NCBI GenBank assembly: GCA_963705105.1
Contig: CAVPIW010000006.1
Coordinates: 224,001 to 288,000, forward strand
Origin: an uncultured Nitrospiraceae bacterium
GTDB taxonomy: Bacteria > Nitrospirota > Thermodesulfovibrionia > Thermodesulfovibrionales > Dissulfurispiraceae
Length of the DNA: 64,000 nt
Direction of reading: 5' to 3'
The notes below the pieces were generated by a model, which was given only the letters and a program-made list of their open reading frames with translations, did not search any database and had not been told where the DNA came from. Within the stretch, counting starts at the first letter, position 1, and every line of letters starts with the position of its first letter. A program made the translations under genes and the position numbers. Positions 1 through 11,079 of the stretch are shown here, piece after piece.

Positions 1-2
1 TC

Positions 3-1058
3 GCCGCCCAGGTGCAGGCTAACAGGATCGCCCTGGGGCACCATGCCGATGATCAGGCCGAAACTGTGCTCATGCGGCTCATCAGGGGCACGGGGCCGAC
101 GGGTCTCGGGGGGATTCCACCCGTGAGAGGCCCGTTCATCAGGCCTCTTATCGAAATCAGGCGCGAGGAGATCGAGGATCACCTGCGGAAGATCGAGCCT
201 GCCCATCCCGGCGGGCTTCCCTTCGTGCTCGATTCGTCGAACCTCAAGGAGCTCTATCTCAGGAACAAGATACGGCGGCTCATCATGCCGGAGATCAAAA
301 AGATCAACAAAGAATTCGTCGCCGCCACCTCTCGTCTTGCTGAGATATTCCGTGACGAGGAGAGGTATTTCGATCTCCTGGTCACGAAGAGCCTGATGAG
401 GCTCATCACCCGCAAGAGCGACCTCTCGATCCACCTCTTCCTGGCGCCGATCGAGGCGATGGACACGGTGCTCCTCAGGAGGACCGTCAGGAGAGCCATC
501 GATGAAACAAGGGGTCTCAGGGGGATCTCCTTTGTCCATGTGGAAGACATCGTCCGCCTCGTGAAATCAGGGAGGGCCGGTGACCGCGTCTACCTGCCCG
601 GCGGCGTCCGGGCCATCAAGGAATATGCGACGCTTGTCCTGACATCGGACCCCCCGAAGCGCCTGGCAACCGTCCTCATTGATGAGCCGGGCGATACCGT
701 TCTCGCGGAATCGGGGGTCGTGCTCAGATCCCGTATCGTCGCCAGGGACGATGTGGCCGGCCTCGGTGACGGCAGGACCATTGCCCATATCGATGCCGGC
801 AAACTCGTGTTTCCCCTCGTTGCCAGGGCCAGGGAGCAGGGTGATTTCTTCCATCCCCTCGGGTTCGGAAAGAGAAAAAAAATCCAGGACTTCTTCGTCG
901 ACGAGAAGGTCCCCCGCGATAAAAGGGACTCGGTGCCGATCCTCGTCAGCGACGGCCGGATCGTCTGGGTCGTCGGGTACAGGCTCGACGACCGCTTCAA
1001 AGTTGATAAAACAACGGAACGCATTTTAGAATTTGAAATAAAACCATTTCATCACTGA
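3..1058 (+). CDS. tilS: tRNA(Ile)-lysidine synthetase, 5'-truncated by window edge
   Basis: IALGHHADDQAET, IRPL, DSSN and RNKIR motifs; C-terminal KKIQDFFVDEKVPR..RDSVP TilS_C domain. Confidence 0.95.
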   Translation, partial: AAQVQANRIALGHHADDQAETVLMRLIRGTGPTGLGGIPPVRGPFIRPLIEIRREEIEDHLRKIEPAHPGGLPFVLDSSNLKELYLRNKIRRLIMPEIKKINKEFVAATSRLAEIFRDEERYFDLLVTKSLMRLITRKSDLSIHLFLAPIEAMDTVLLRRTVRRAIDETRGLRGISFVHVEDIVRLVKSGRAGDRVYLPGGVRAIKEYATLVLTSDPPKRLATVLIDEPGDTVLAESGVVLRSRIVARDDVAGLGDGRTIAHIDAGKLVFPLVARAREQGDFFHPLGFGKRKKIQDFFVDEKVPRDKRDSVPILVSDGRIVWVVGYRLDDRFKVDKTTERILEFEIKPFHH

Positions 1059-1068
1059 CGGAGGTTGC

Positions 1069-2517
<1,449 letters not shown>

Positions 2518-2550
2518 ATGTGATCTGACGGGCCGGTTAATCAGACAGAA

Positions 2551-2581
2551 AGGCCGTGGGCGGTCATGCCGCTCACGGCCT
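2551..2581. terminator. Hairpin between convergent genes, probable terminator
   Basis: AGGCCGTGGGCGG-TCATG-CCGCTCACGGCCT inverted repeat after degP stop; weak U-tract. Confidence 0.55.
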
Positions 2582-2620
2582 ATGTTGTGCAGGACATCAG
2601 CAGTCGGCGTCTACACGTAA

Positions 2621-2782
2621 CCTTATCGTTGCAATACACTTTCGGGAAAGTCGGGGCGTATGCGCTCTGAAAAACAGTGACAGTGTGAGCGTCAGTGTCA
2701 GTATCATTGCCGCTGCCTCCGGGAAGGCAAATATGGTTCAGATCCTTTCCAATGCGATGATAGTGACTTAATGACGTAATGA
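2621..2782 (+). repeat. Mosaic repeat: family A left end + hexamer array + family B left end + octamer remnant
   Basis: 2621-2665 matches the start of the 52214 copy; 2675-2706 AGTGT(C/G) units; 2720-2762 matches the starts of the 18189/56647 copies. Confidence 0.85.
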
Positions 2783-2796
2783 CCGTCGTGGCGGGT

Positions 2797-3282
2797 TTAC
2801 CAGGAGTAGGCGACGGCGATGCGGACTTCGTAAAATATGATCGCGAGATACAGAAGAATGGTGACGGGGATGACGACATGCCGGACGATGCGGACATTCT
2901 TGAGCACGCAGAGGATGGCGATCGCGAACATGGTGAGTGCACATTTTGCGAGGAAGAAGGAGAGGTTGCCGTACCCAAGGAAGAAGGCCATGACGGGATT
3001 CGCTTCCTCGACGATTCCCTGATTCACGAGGTGCAGGGTCATATAAGCATCGGTGAGACTCAGGAAAAGAATGACGAGGAAGACGATGAGCAGACCTGGT
3101 CCGTATTGATCAACAAAGATGTGACGCGCCCGGTCGGCATCGCGGCGGACCGTCTTTCTCCGCCCCCCCAGGAACGTATAGCGGCTTATGATGGGTGTGG
3201 GGCGTCTCCTCCGGTCCCCGCTGCTTCTCAGGTCGACCATGGAAATGGTTTGCTCAGAGCTTTTCAGTTCGGCGTTTCTCAT
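2797..3282 (-). CDS. DUF5658-like membrane protein
   Basis: DRRRRPTP..GGRRKTVRR N-terminus, LSLTDAYMTL..EEANPVM motif, three hydrophobic helices; start chosen at ATG 3282. Confidence 0.7.
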   Translation of the reverse strand: MRNAELKSSEQTISMVDLRSSGDRRRRPTPIISRYTFLGGRRKTVRRDADRARHIFVDQYGPGLLIVFLVILFLSLTDAYMTLHLVNQGIVEEANPVMAFFLGYGNLSFFLAKCALTMFAIAILCVLKNVRIVRHVVIPVTILLYLAIIFYEVRIAVAYSW

Positions 3283-3384
3283 GTTGAGGTTACCTTCAAG
3301 GAATATTCTACCAAAAAATTTGAGGCCCGGCAACCTGTTAATTCAACGTTTAGATTGAGATAACCATTGTCGCTATAGTATGAC

Positions 3385-3424
3385 TTTGAGGTCCTTCGTC
3401 CTGCCTTTCCGTGCAACTGCAGGG
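3385..3424 (+). repeat. Family A right-end fragment
   Basis: TTTGAGGTCCTTCGTCCTGCCTTTCCGTGCAACTGCAGGG resembles the right ends of the 29138 and 52214 copies. Confidence 0.65.
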
Positions 3425-3506
3425 TCATTCATGAAATGCCTTGCATCGCCCAAACCCTCAATGATATGCTGTTTGATCATAACGACCGTCGGTTCCGGGG
3501 GAATGG

Positions 3507-4817
3507 ATGTCTCCGATCAGATTCAGCATGATCACGATCTCTGCCGTTTTCCTGCTTCTTCTCATCGCCGCGCCGGCGTCGCCTGAAAGCCTTGACGATG
3601 CATGGAAGGCGTCGATGGAGCATGACCGCCGGCTCAATGCAGCGCGGTCGTTCAGTGACGCCCGGAGGATGGGTCTCCAGGCAGCCAGGGCTGCCAGATT
3701 ACCCGGCCTGACCGTCGAGGGCGGATATACGGTTCTCGACAACCAGCCGGCCTTTATTTTCGGGCTGCCGACCATTCCCGGCATCCCCGAGCTGCCCCGC
3801 GAATTTCCCTTCGAGGAAGACAAGAGTTTCGCCTTCAGGGCGGCAGTGAATCTGCCCCTGTACACGAGCGGTCGCATCAGCAGCGGCATCGACGCCGCAA
3901 CGGCCCTCCTGAATTCGGCCCAAAGCGAGGAAAAACAAATCACCCGTGACCTTAAACTCGAAGTGGCTGAGTCCTATGTGGCCGTCCTGCGCTCTCAGCG
4001 GGCCCTCGAAGTCGCCGGGAGCAACGTTACGAGCCTTTCATCCCATTTCGGTGATGTGAGGAATCTCCTGGACCAGGGTCTCGTCGCCCGGAATGACTTC
4101 CTGGCGGCCCAGGTCGCCCTGTCCGATGCGCGCCAGAAGTCCCTCAGGGCCGGGAATGCTCTCGAACTCGCGCAGTCACAGTACAACCGCCTGCTCGGAC
4201 GTGCCCTGGACCAGCCCGTCAAGATCGATGAGCTGGCAGCAGAACCCTACGAAGGCACCCTTGACACTCTCACCGTCCGGGCATTGGAAAGCAGGCTTGA
4301 GCTGGTGCGGTTTGACGAGCGGGCCAAATCTCTCAGGTTCAGTGCCGCGGGCATCAGCGCAGAAACGGATCCCCAGGTATCGGTGACGGGAGCATACTCG
4401 TACAAGGAAAACCGGTATGTCGTGCATGAGGACATGTGGTCTTTCGTCGTCGGCTTGAGATGGAACATCTTCGACGGCGGTATATCGCGCCACCGGGCCG
4501 GGTCTGTGCTCCGGGAGGCCGATTCCCTGGATGAGTTGAAAAAGGACCTGGCCTCCCGCATCGCCCTCGACGTCAAGCGCCACTGGCTGGACACGATCGA
4601 GGCCCGCAGGCGGATCGAGGTGACCGGCGAGGCGACCGTCCAGGCCGACGAGAACCTTGCCGTGGCGAGGGACCGCTACCGCGAGGGTGTGGGAACGAAC
4701 ACGGAGGTGCTCGACGCGGAGACGCTGAGAACCGTTAGCTACACAAATTATCATAACGCGATGTATGATTATTCATTGGCGGTCTTACGGCTGCGCCACG
4801 CCGTGGGAGACCTGTAG
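3507..4817 (+). CDS. TolC-family outer membrane efflux protein
   Basis: Signal peptide, two OEP repeats (NLPLYTSG, WNIFDGG, RYREGVGTNTEVLDAE); heads an efflux operon. Confidence 0.9.
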   Translation: MSPIRFSMITISAVFLLLLIAAPASPESLDDAWKASMEHDRRLNAARSFSDARRMGLQAARAARLPGLTVEGGYTVLDNQPAFIFGLPTIPGIPELPREFPFEEDKSFAFRAAVNLPLYTSGRISSGIDAATALLNSAQSEEKQITRDLKLEVAESYVAVLRSQRALEVAGSNVTSLSSHFGDVRNLLDQGLVARNDFLAAQVALSDARQKSLRAGNALELAQSQYNRLLGRALDQPVKIDELAAEPYEGTLDTLTVRALESRLELVRFDERAKSLRFSAAGISAETDPQVSVTGAYSYKENRYVVHEDMWSFVVGLRWNIFDGGISRHRAGSVLREADSLDELKKDLASRIALDVKRHWLDTIEARRRIEVTGEATVQADENLAVARDRYREGVGTNTEVLDAETLRTVSYTNYHNAMYDYSLAVLRLRHAVGDL

Positions 4818-4829
4818 AGTGGTTCTGTC

Positions 4830-5939
4830 ATGAAAAACAGGCGCCGCATTGTTCTTATCGCAGTCATGCTGGTCCTTATCGGCTTCGCGGCTTATAAGGC
4901 CTACGGGTGGTTATCCCAACGGAAGGGTCTGCCCCAGGGCCTTATCCAGGCAAACGGGCGGATCGAGGGCGACCGGTACACCGTCGCCGGGAAGTCGGCG
5001 GGCAAGATCCTCAAGCTCCTTGTGAAGGAAGGCCAGTCCGTCAAAGCAGGCCAGGTGCTCCTGTCCCTCGATGACGAGCAGGTCAGGGCCCGGGCCGACC
5101 AGGCCCGGAAGAACGTCCTGGCGTTCGAGTCCCAGCTCGGCGCCGCCCGTTCATCCCTTGCAGTGATGAGGCAGGAGGTCCCTCTCGCTATCGGCCGGGC
5201 CGAGGCGACCCTGCAGAGGGCCCGTGCCATGGTCGACAAGGCCGCGGCGACAGAGAAGCAGGCGGAGCGCGATGCGCTGCGTTTCCGGGAGCTCTCTTCG
5301 CGGGGGACTGTGAACCGCCAGAGGAGCGAACAGGCCGACCTCGCATGGACCGCCGCCCAGAGGGACCTCGATGCCGCCCGTACCAGCCTCGTCCAGGCAG
5401 AAAGCGGTCTCGCCGATGAGAAACTCGGGTGGGACAGGGTCCGTGCAAAGGAGGAGGAGATGGCGGCCCTCGATGCCCGTCTCGGGCAGGCACGCTCGGC
5501 CCTGCGGGAGGCCGAGAGCGTCCTGAAGGATATGACTATCACGGCTCCCGCATCCGGCATCGCGATGACAAGGATCCGCGATGAGGGAGAGGTCGTCGCG
5601 GCGGGCTCACCGATTCTCGATATCGTCGATCTCGACCGCCTCTATCTCAAGGTCTATGTGCCTGAAAGGGAGATCGGCAAGGTCCGCCTCGGTCTGCCCG
5701 CCCGCATTTATACGGACGCCTTTCCTGACAGTCCCTTCAACGCCACGGTGAAATATATATCCTCCCGTGCAGAGTTCACACCCAAGGAAGTCCAGACGCC
5801 TGACGAGCGGGTGAAGCTTGTCTATGCCGTCAAGCTCTATCTCGATGCAAATCCCGATCATCGCCTCACGCCGGGCCTGCCTGCCGATGCAGTCATCCGC
5901 TGGCAGGAAGGAGCCCCCTGGACAAAACCCCGATGGTAG
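4830..5939 (+). CDS. HlyD/YbhG-like membrane fusion protein
   Basis: N-terminal TM, ANGRIEG, lipoyl halves flanking coiled coil, AEFTPKEVQTPDERVKLVYAVK motif. Confidence 0.92.
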   Translation: MKNRRRIVLIAVMLVLIGFAAYKAYGWLSQRKGLPQGLIQANGRIEGDRYTVAGKSAGKILKLLVKEGQSVKAGQVLLSLDDEQVRARADQARKNVLAFESQLGAARSSLAVMRQEVPLAIGRAEATLQRARAMVDKAAATEKQAERDALRFRELSSRGTVNRQRSEQADLAWTAAQRDLDAARTSLVQAESGLADEKLGWDRVRAKEEEMAALDARLGQARSALREAESVLKDMTITAPASGIAMTRIRDEGEVVAAGSPILDIVDLDRLYLKVYVPEREIGKVRLGLPARIYTDAFPDSPFNATVKYISSRAEFTPKEVQTPDERVKLVYAVKLYLDANPDHRLTPGLPADAVIRWQEGAPWTKPRW

Positions 5940-7906
5940 AGGGTCCCGGGACCGGCCCCGCTATCAGGATCAGGGGTTTCATAAAGCGCTACGGCAGGAA
6001 CGAGGCTGTCAGGGGCGTCGACCTGACGGCGGAGCGCGGGCAGCTGTACGGCATCATCGGGCCTGACGGAGCCGGCAAGAGCTCTCTCATGAAGGCCGTC
6101 GCCGGGGTCCTCGCCCATAACGGCGGTGACGTTGAGGTCCTCGGGGTCACCGTCGACAGCGAGCTTTCCGCCGAGTCCGTCAAGGCACGGATCGGCTTCA
6201 TGCCACAGGGTCTCGGCCTTAACCTCTATCCTGACCTGTCCGTCGACGAGAACATCGATTTTTTCGGCCATATCCGCCTCGTCGGAAAAGACCTGATCGA
6301 AGAACGGAAGAAGACCCTCCTTGCCGTGACCCGTCTGGAACGATTCCGCAACCGTCCCATGAAACAGCTCTCCGGCGGCATGAAGCAGAAGCTGGGACTC
6401 GTCTGCACCCTCATCCACTCACCGGAACTCATCATCCTCGACGAACCGACGACGGGTGTCGATCCAGTCTCGCGGCGGGACTTTTGGACGATTCTCTCCG
6501 AGCTTGTCCATGAACAGGGCATCACCGCCCTTGTCTCCACGGCGTATATGGACGAGGCGAGCCGCTTTCACCGCATGTCCCTGCTCTACAACGGCGAAGT
6601 GCTCGCCGAAGGGACTCCCGACACTATCCAGTCCCTCGTCCCCGGACGCCTGTTTATGATCCGTGCGACCCCCCGCGGGGAGGCACTGTCGCTCCTGAGG
6701 CCCCATTATCCCGGGGCGAGGCAGCAGGGCGGCTGGATCCGGGTCTTCGTCAGGGGTGCGGAAAGCGAAGGCGCCGGGCAGCGCATCGGCGAACTGATGT
6801 CCTCTCTCAAGGTCGACCGGATCGTGGAGACCGATCCCGACCTTGAAGACGTGTTCATCCTGCTGCTTGAAAAGGACGGTCACGCCGGAGAGGGAACGGC
6901 GGCGGCCGGTCTGACCGCCGGGAACGTCAAAGATCCGACGGATGATCATGCCGCGATCGAGGCCCGCGATCTCGTCCGGTATTTCGGGGAGTTCTGCGCC
7001 GTCGACGGGGTCTGCTTCCGTGTGCCCTACGGCGAGATCTTCGGTCTTCTCGGCGCAAACGGGGCAGGCAAAACGACGGTCATCAAGATGCTCACCGGGA
7101 TCATCCGGCCCACCGCCGGGCAGTGCCGCGTCGCGGGCACGGACATGCGGTATGCCGGCAGGGACGTCAGGGAGCGCATCGGCTATATGTCACAGGCCTT
7201 CTCCCTCTATCTCGACCTGACCGTCGTCGAAAACATCACGCTCTACGCCGGCATTTACTCCCTCACGAGACAGGAGACGCGGGACCGCACGGCCTGGATC
7301 ATCGCCCAGGCAGGCCTGGGTGGACACGGGAACGATCTTGCCGGGAGCCTGCCCATGGGTCTGAGGCAACGGCTCGCCCTGGGCTGCGCCCTCGTTCACC
7401 GTCCCAGGGTCCTTTTCCTCGACGAGCCCACATCGGGTGTCGACCCCGTCGGCAGGCGTCTCTTCTGGGACATCCTCTACGGCCTGTCCCGCGACGAGGG
7501 GGTGGCGATCCTCGTGACCACGCATTACATGAGCGAGGCCGAGTACTGTGACCGTCTCGCCCTCATGCACGGCGGAAAGCTCATAGCGGACGCAACACCG
7601 GAAGCCCTGAAAAGGGATGTTGAAACCGTGGCAGGGCAGATCATCGAGATCGCGGCGGATCGACCCGAATCGGCGCTGAAAACATTGAAGAAAAGCGGGT
7701 TCGGTACCCCGTCCTTCTTCGGCAGAAAACTGCATGTCCTTTCCCTGGATCCCGGCATTGACGGGGTCCGGGCGACGGAGGTCCTGACGAGGGAGGGGAT
7801 CCGCGTTTCTTCGGTGAACACGCTTCCTCTCTCCATGGAGGATGTCTTCGTCTACCGGATCGAGTCGATGGAACAGGAGGCTGTTGAAGCGGAGGCACAG
7901 GGGTGA
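5933..7906 (+). CDS. ABC ATP-binding protein with two ATPase domains (YbhF/RbbA-like)
   Basis: GPDGAGKS/LSGGMKQ/LDEPT and GANGAGKT/LPMGLRQ/LDEPT. Confidence 0.93.
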   Translation: MVEGPGTGPAIRIRGFIKRYGRNEAVRGVDLTAERGQLYGIIGPDGAGKSSLMKAVAGVLAHNGGDVEVLGVTVDSELSAESVKARIGFMPQGLGLNLYPDLSVDENIDFFGHIRLVGKDLIEERKKTLLAVTRLERFRNRPMKQLSGGMKQKLGLVCTLIHSPELIILDEPTTGVDPVSRRDFWTILSELVHEQGITALVSTAYMDEASRFHRMSLLYNGEVLAEGTPDTIQSLVPGRLFMIRATPRGEALSLLRPHYPGARQQGGWIRVFVRGAESEGAGQRIGELMSSLKVDRIVETDPDLEDVFILLLEKDGHAGEGTAAAGLTAGNVKDPTDDHAAIEARDLVRYFGEFCAVDGVCFRVPYGEIFGLLGANGAGKTTVIKMLTGIIRPTAGQCRVAGTDMRYAGRDVRERIGYMSQAFSLYLDLTVVENITLYAGIYSLTRQETRDRTAWIIAQAGLGGHGNDLAGSLPMGLRQRLALGCALVHRPRVLFLDEPTSGVDPVGRRLFWDILYGLSRDEGVAILVTTHYMSEAEYCDRLALMHGGKLIADATPEALKRDVETVAGQIIEIAADRPESALKTLKKSGFGTPSFFGRKLHVLSLDPGIDGVRATEVLTREGIRVSSVNTLPLSMEDVFVYRIESMEQEAVEAEAQG

Positions 7907-9057
7907 ACATGCAACGCATCAAGGCCCTGACCGTCAAGGAATGGCGGGAGATCCTCCGCGACCGCGTGTACCTGTCCCTCGCCTTTGCCGTGCCCCTCAT
8001 GTGGATGATCGTCTTCGGTTACGGACTGAGCTTCGATGTCGAAAATGTCCCCTTCATGATCATGGACTATGACCGCTCCGCGATGAGCCGCGACTACTGC
8101 CACCGGTATATCGATTCGCGGTATTTCGATTTCCGCGGATATCTCGGGAATATGGACGAGGCATCGGACCTCCTCGCCGACAGCAGGATACGGCTCGTGA
8201 TCGTCATCCCCGGGCATTTCGAACGATATCTCATGGAGGGACGTCCGGCTTCCATACAAACGATAATAGACGGAACGTTTCCCTCACGGACACAGACCCT
8301 CCAGGGGTATATAGAAGCGATCAACAGCGCGGCAAACGCCGAACTCATCGCCCGCTCCCTCGCAGATCGCTATGGGATTCCCCCTGACAGGGCGGAGCTG
8401 CTCGTTCAGCCCCTGAGGATCGAGACGCGCTATCTTTACAACCAGTCCCTCAGGAGCGTCTGGTCCATCGCGCCGTCGCTCATCATGTTCGCCCTCATGC
8501 TCGCACCGCCCCTGCTCACGGCGCTGAGCGTGGTGCGGGAGAAGGAGTACGGCTCCATTTACAACATCTACGCGTCGACGATCACGAGATGGGAATTCAT
8601 CGCCGGCAAGCTCCTGCCGAACCTCATGATTTCGTCGATAAACGGTCTCGTGCTCTGGTTCATGGCGGCGTTCTACTTCGGCACGCCCTTCAAGGGCAGC
8701 TTCATCCTTTTCTGTGCCGCCACGGTCCTCTTTATTCTCACGACGAGCAGCATCGGCCTGCTCATCTCGTTCCTCGTGCGCACCCAGGTGGCGGCCCTCC
8801 TCATCACCGTCGTCCTGAGCATCATACCGACGATCCTATACAGCGGCATGCTCCTCCCCGTATCGTCCCTGACAGACGCGGGCATTGTGCAGGCCCATAT
8901 GTTTCCGACCATGTACTACCACACGATCGTGCGGGGTGTTTTCCTGAAGGGGATCGGCATCGGGGTGCTCTGGTTCGAGATGGTCGCCCTGTGCTGCTTC
9001 GCCGTCGTTCTCATCGCCCTCTGTGCCATGCTCTTTAGGAAGAGGCCCTCGACGTGA
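7903..9057 (+). CDS. ABC-2 permease (YbhS-like)
   Basis: KEWREILRD, VREKEYGSI, six TM segments. Confidence 0.9.
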   Translation: MNMQRIKALTVKEWREILRDRVYLSLAFAVPLMWMIVFGYGLSFDVENVPFMIMDYDRSAMSRDYCHRYIDSRYFDFRGYLGNMDEASDLLADSRIRLVIVIPGHFERYLMEGRPASIQTIIDGTFPSRTQTLQGYIEAINSAANAELIARSLADRYGIPPDRAELLVQPLRIETRYLYNQSLRSVWSIAPSLIMFALMLAPPLLTALSVVREKEYGSIYNIYASTITRWEFIAGKLLPNLMISSINGLVLWFMAAFYFGTPFKGSFILFCAATVLFILTTSSIGLLISFLVRTQVAALLITVVLSIIPTILYSGMLLPVSSLTDAGIVQAHMFPTMYYHTIVRGVFLKGIGIGVLWFEMVALCCFAVVLIALCAMLFRKRPST

Positions 9058-10208
9058 CGGCGGAACGGGGGACCAGGGCGATTTTCCGTTGGTGGAGACG
9101 GCTCCAGGTCATGGTCGTCAAAGAGATCAGGCAACTGCTCCGGGACGTGCCGCTCCTGCTCTTCCTGATTTATGCGTTCACGATCGAGATCTACCTGGCC
9201 GGCAGCGGCGGGGCGCTCGAACTCAACCGCGCAAAGGTGATCGTCCATGACGCGGACAGGACCGACGCTTCACGGGATCTGATATACAGGTTTATGCCTC
9301 CTTATTTCGAAATGGCGGGCGAGGTGAGAGACATCCGCACTGGCCTTGCCATGCTCGACAGGGGCGATGCCCTTGTCCTCCTTGATGTGCCGGAGCGGTT
9401 CGAAGAGACGCTCATCAGGGGCGAAAGGGCCGCATCGGTGCAGATGCAGATCGACACGAGCAATACCACCCTCGGGTACCTCGCGGCGAGCTACGGCGCG
9501 CAGATAGGGGCGATCTTCGTACGGGAGCGGACAGAAAGCTTCTTTCAGGACGAGGGATTGCCGGTCATCAGAAACGAGCAGCGCGTCTGGTTCAACCAGG
9601 ACCTGAAAGACAGTTGGTACAAGGTTATCTCGGAGCTGCTCACGATGATGACGGCCGTGTCGGTCCTGCTGCCCGGCGCCGCCATGGTCCGCGAAAAGGA
9701 GCGCGGCACGATCGAGCAGCTCCTCGTCTCCCCGATCAGCCCTTTCCAGGTGCTCATTTCGAAGGTGCTCGCCATGGACATCGTCATCCTCATCGCAACG
9801 GCGGTGAGCCTCTTCGTCATCATGCAGCCCCTATTCGGCCTCCCCGCCCGGGGCAGCCTGGTCCTCTTCTTTTCCCTCGTGGCCCTCTATGTGTTCACGA
9901 CCGCAGGCCTGGGGCTCGTCGTTGCGACGGTGGCGCGCAATTCCGCCCAGGTGGGCATGCTCACTATCCTCTTCGTGACGCCCATGATCATGCTCTCCGG
10001 CACCTGGACCCCGCCCGAGGCGATGCCCAGGGTGCTCCAGTTCCTCATCAGGCTCTCCCCGCTCAACCATTTCATCGAGATCTCCTACGGCATACTGCTC
10101 AGGGGGGCCGGCGTGGCTCTCCTCTGGGACTCCATCCTCGCCATGTTCATCATGGGCAACCTCCTGCTCCTGGTCGGCGTCTGGAGGTTCCGGAGGATGT
10201 TCGGGTAA
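9054..10208 (+). CDS. ABC-2 permease (YbhR-like)
   Basis: KEIRQLLRD, VREKERGTIEQLLVSP, LSGTWTPPEAMP. Confidence 0.9.
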   Translation: MTAERGTRAIFRWWRRLQVMVVKEIRQLLRDVPLLLFLIYAFTIEIYLAGSGGALELNRAKVIVHDADRTDASRDLIYRFMPPYFEMAGEVRDIRTGLAMLDRGDALVLLDVPERFEETLIRGERAASVQMQIDTSNTTLGYLAASYGAQIGAIFVRERTESFFQDEGLPVIRNEQRVWFNQDLKDSWYKVISELLTMMTAVSVLLPGAAMVREKERGTIEQLLVSPISPFQVLISKVLAMDIVILIATAVSLFVIMQPLFGLPARGSLVLFFSLVALYVFTTAGLGLVVATVARNSAQVGMLTILFVTPMIMLSGTWTPPEAMPRVLQFLIRLSPLNHFIEISYGILLRGAGVALLWDSILAMFIMGNLLLLVGVWRFRRMFG

Positions 10209-10211
10209 AGA

Positions 10212-10246
10212 CAGTGTGAGTGTGAGTGTCAGTGTGAGTGAAGGAG
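10212..10246 (+). repeat. Hexamer tandem array AGTGT(C/G) ending AGTGAAGGAG
   Basis: CAGTGTGAGTGTGAGTGTCAGTGTGAGTGAAGGAG. Confidence 0.85.
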
Positions 10247-10400
10247 AAAAAGAAAGCCTTTCCTGAGGGTATTTGCAGCGATAGGGAAAAGCTGTAAGCT
10301 GTTTGGGACAGGAGTGACAAACCCGTCATATCCCCTTAGAAAAGGTGGTTTTTATTTGAGGGATGTTGAGGGCTGCTGACTGACGACTGTTAAATTAAAG

Positions 10401-10429
10401 TTGACATCATAGTTAATTATTGTTAACAT
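10401..10429 (+). promoter_or_regulatory. Sigma70-type promoter of the flavodoxin gene
   Basis: TTGACA-17 nt-TAACAT in an AT-rich tract; AGGAGG RBS downstream. Confidence 0.6.
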
Positions 10430-10468
10430 ATTTTGCTTAAAAATTATAATTAGACATAGGAGGTAGTT

Positions 10469-10912
10469 ATGAAGAAGGTATTGATCGCTTTTTACAGCCG
10501 GACGGGAAACACAGGGAAGATGGCCGAGTATATCGCCGAGGGCGTCCGCTTTGCCGGACAGGACGCGGAGATCAAAAAGATCACCGAACTCAAGAGTGAA
10601 AAGGACTTTGCGGGCTATGACGGATACATTTTCGGCTGCCCTACCTACCACAAGGACATGACGGAAAACTTCAAGACCTTCCTCTTCCTTGCGCAGAAGG
10701 GGAACCTCGAGGGAAAGGTGGGCGGCGCTTTCGGTTCCCACACCCACAGCGGCGATGCCCCGCAGCTTATTTACGATACCATGGCATATGTGTTCAAGAT
10801 GAATATGACCAACCTCGGCGCTTTTCCGCTCAAGGAGGTCACGGTGAATTCGGACACAGGCGTTCATGCCTGTCAGGATTACGGGAAATTCGTCGGGAAG
10901 ATGCTCGCCTAA
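10469..10912 (+). CDS. Flavodoxin-family protein
   Basis: FYSRTGNTGKMA FMN loop, GCPTY, GAFGS. Confidence 0.9.
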   Translation: MKKVLIAFYSRTGNTGKMAEYIAEGVRFAGQDAEIKKITELKSEKDFAGYDGYIFGCPTYHKDMTENFKTFLFLAQKGNLEGKVGGAFGSHTHSGDAPQLIYDTMAYVFKMNMTNLGAFPLKEVTVNSDTGVHACQDYGKFVGKMLA

Positions 10913-10916
10913 ACAG

Positions 10917-10945
10917 CAGTGTCAGTGACAGTGACAGTGTAAGGA
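10917..10945 (+). repeat. Hexamer tandem array
   Basis: CAGTGTCAGTGACAGTGACAGTGTAAGGA. Confidence 0.75.
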
Positions 10946-11044
10946 AAATTTTCAGTCCCTTTCCTGAACTGCCCGGAATGTTTATGACGCTGTCTTCTTT
11001 CTTTGCGCGCTTTGCGGCTTTGCGCGGGATTGCCTTAGGCCTTG

Positions 11045-11079
11045 AAGGGGTCGTCCATCCGGGCGGCCCTTTTCTTTTT
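11045..11079 (+). terminator. Rho-independent terminator between flavodoxin and hydA
   Basis: GGGTCGTCC-ATCC-GGGCGGCCC stem followed by TTTTCTTTTT. Confidence 0.65.

Noticed and set aside
2621..3424. Composite transposon: family A left and right ends enclosing the DUF5658-like gene
   Set aside because: Flanks GTAA and TCAT do not match, whereas all full copies have a 4-bp duplication; more likely two separate fragments
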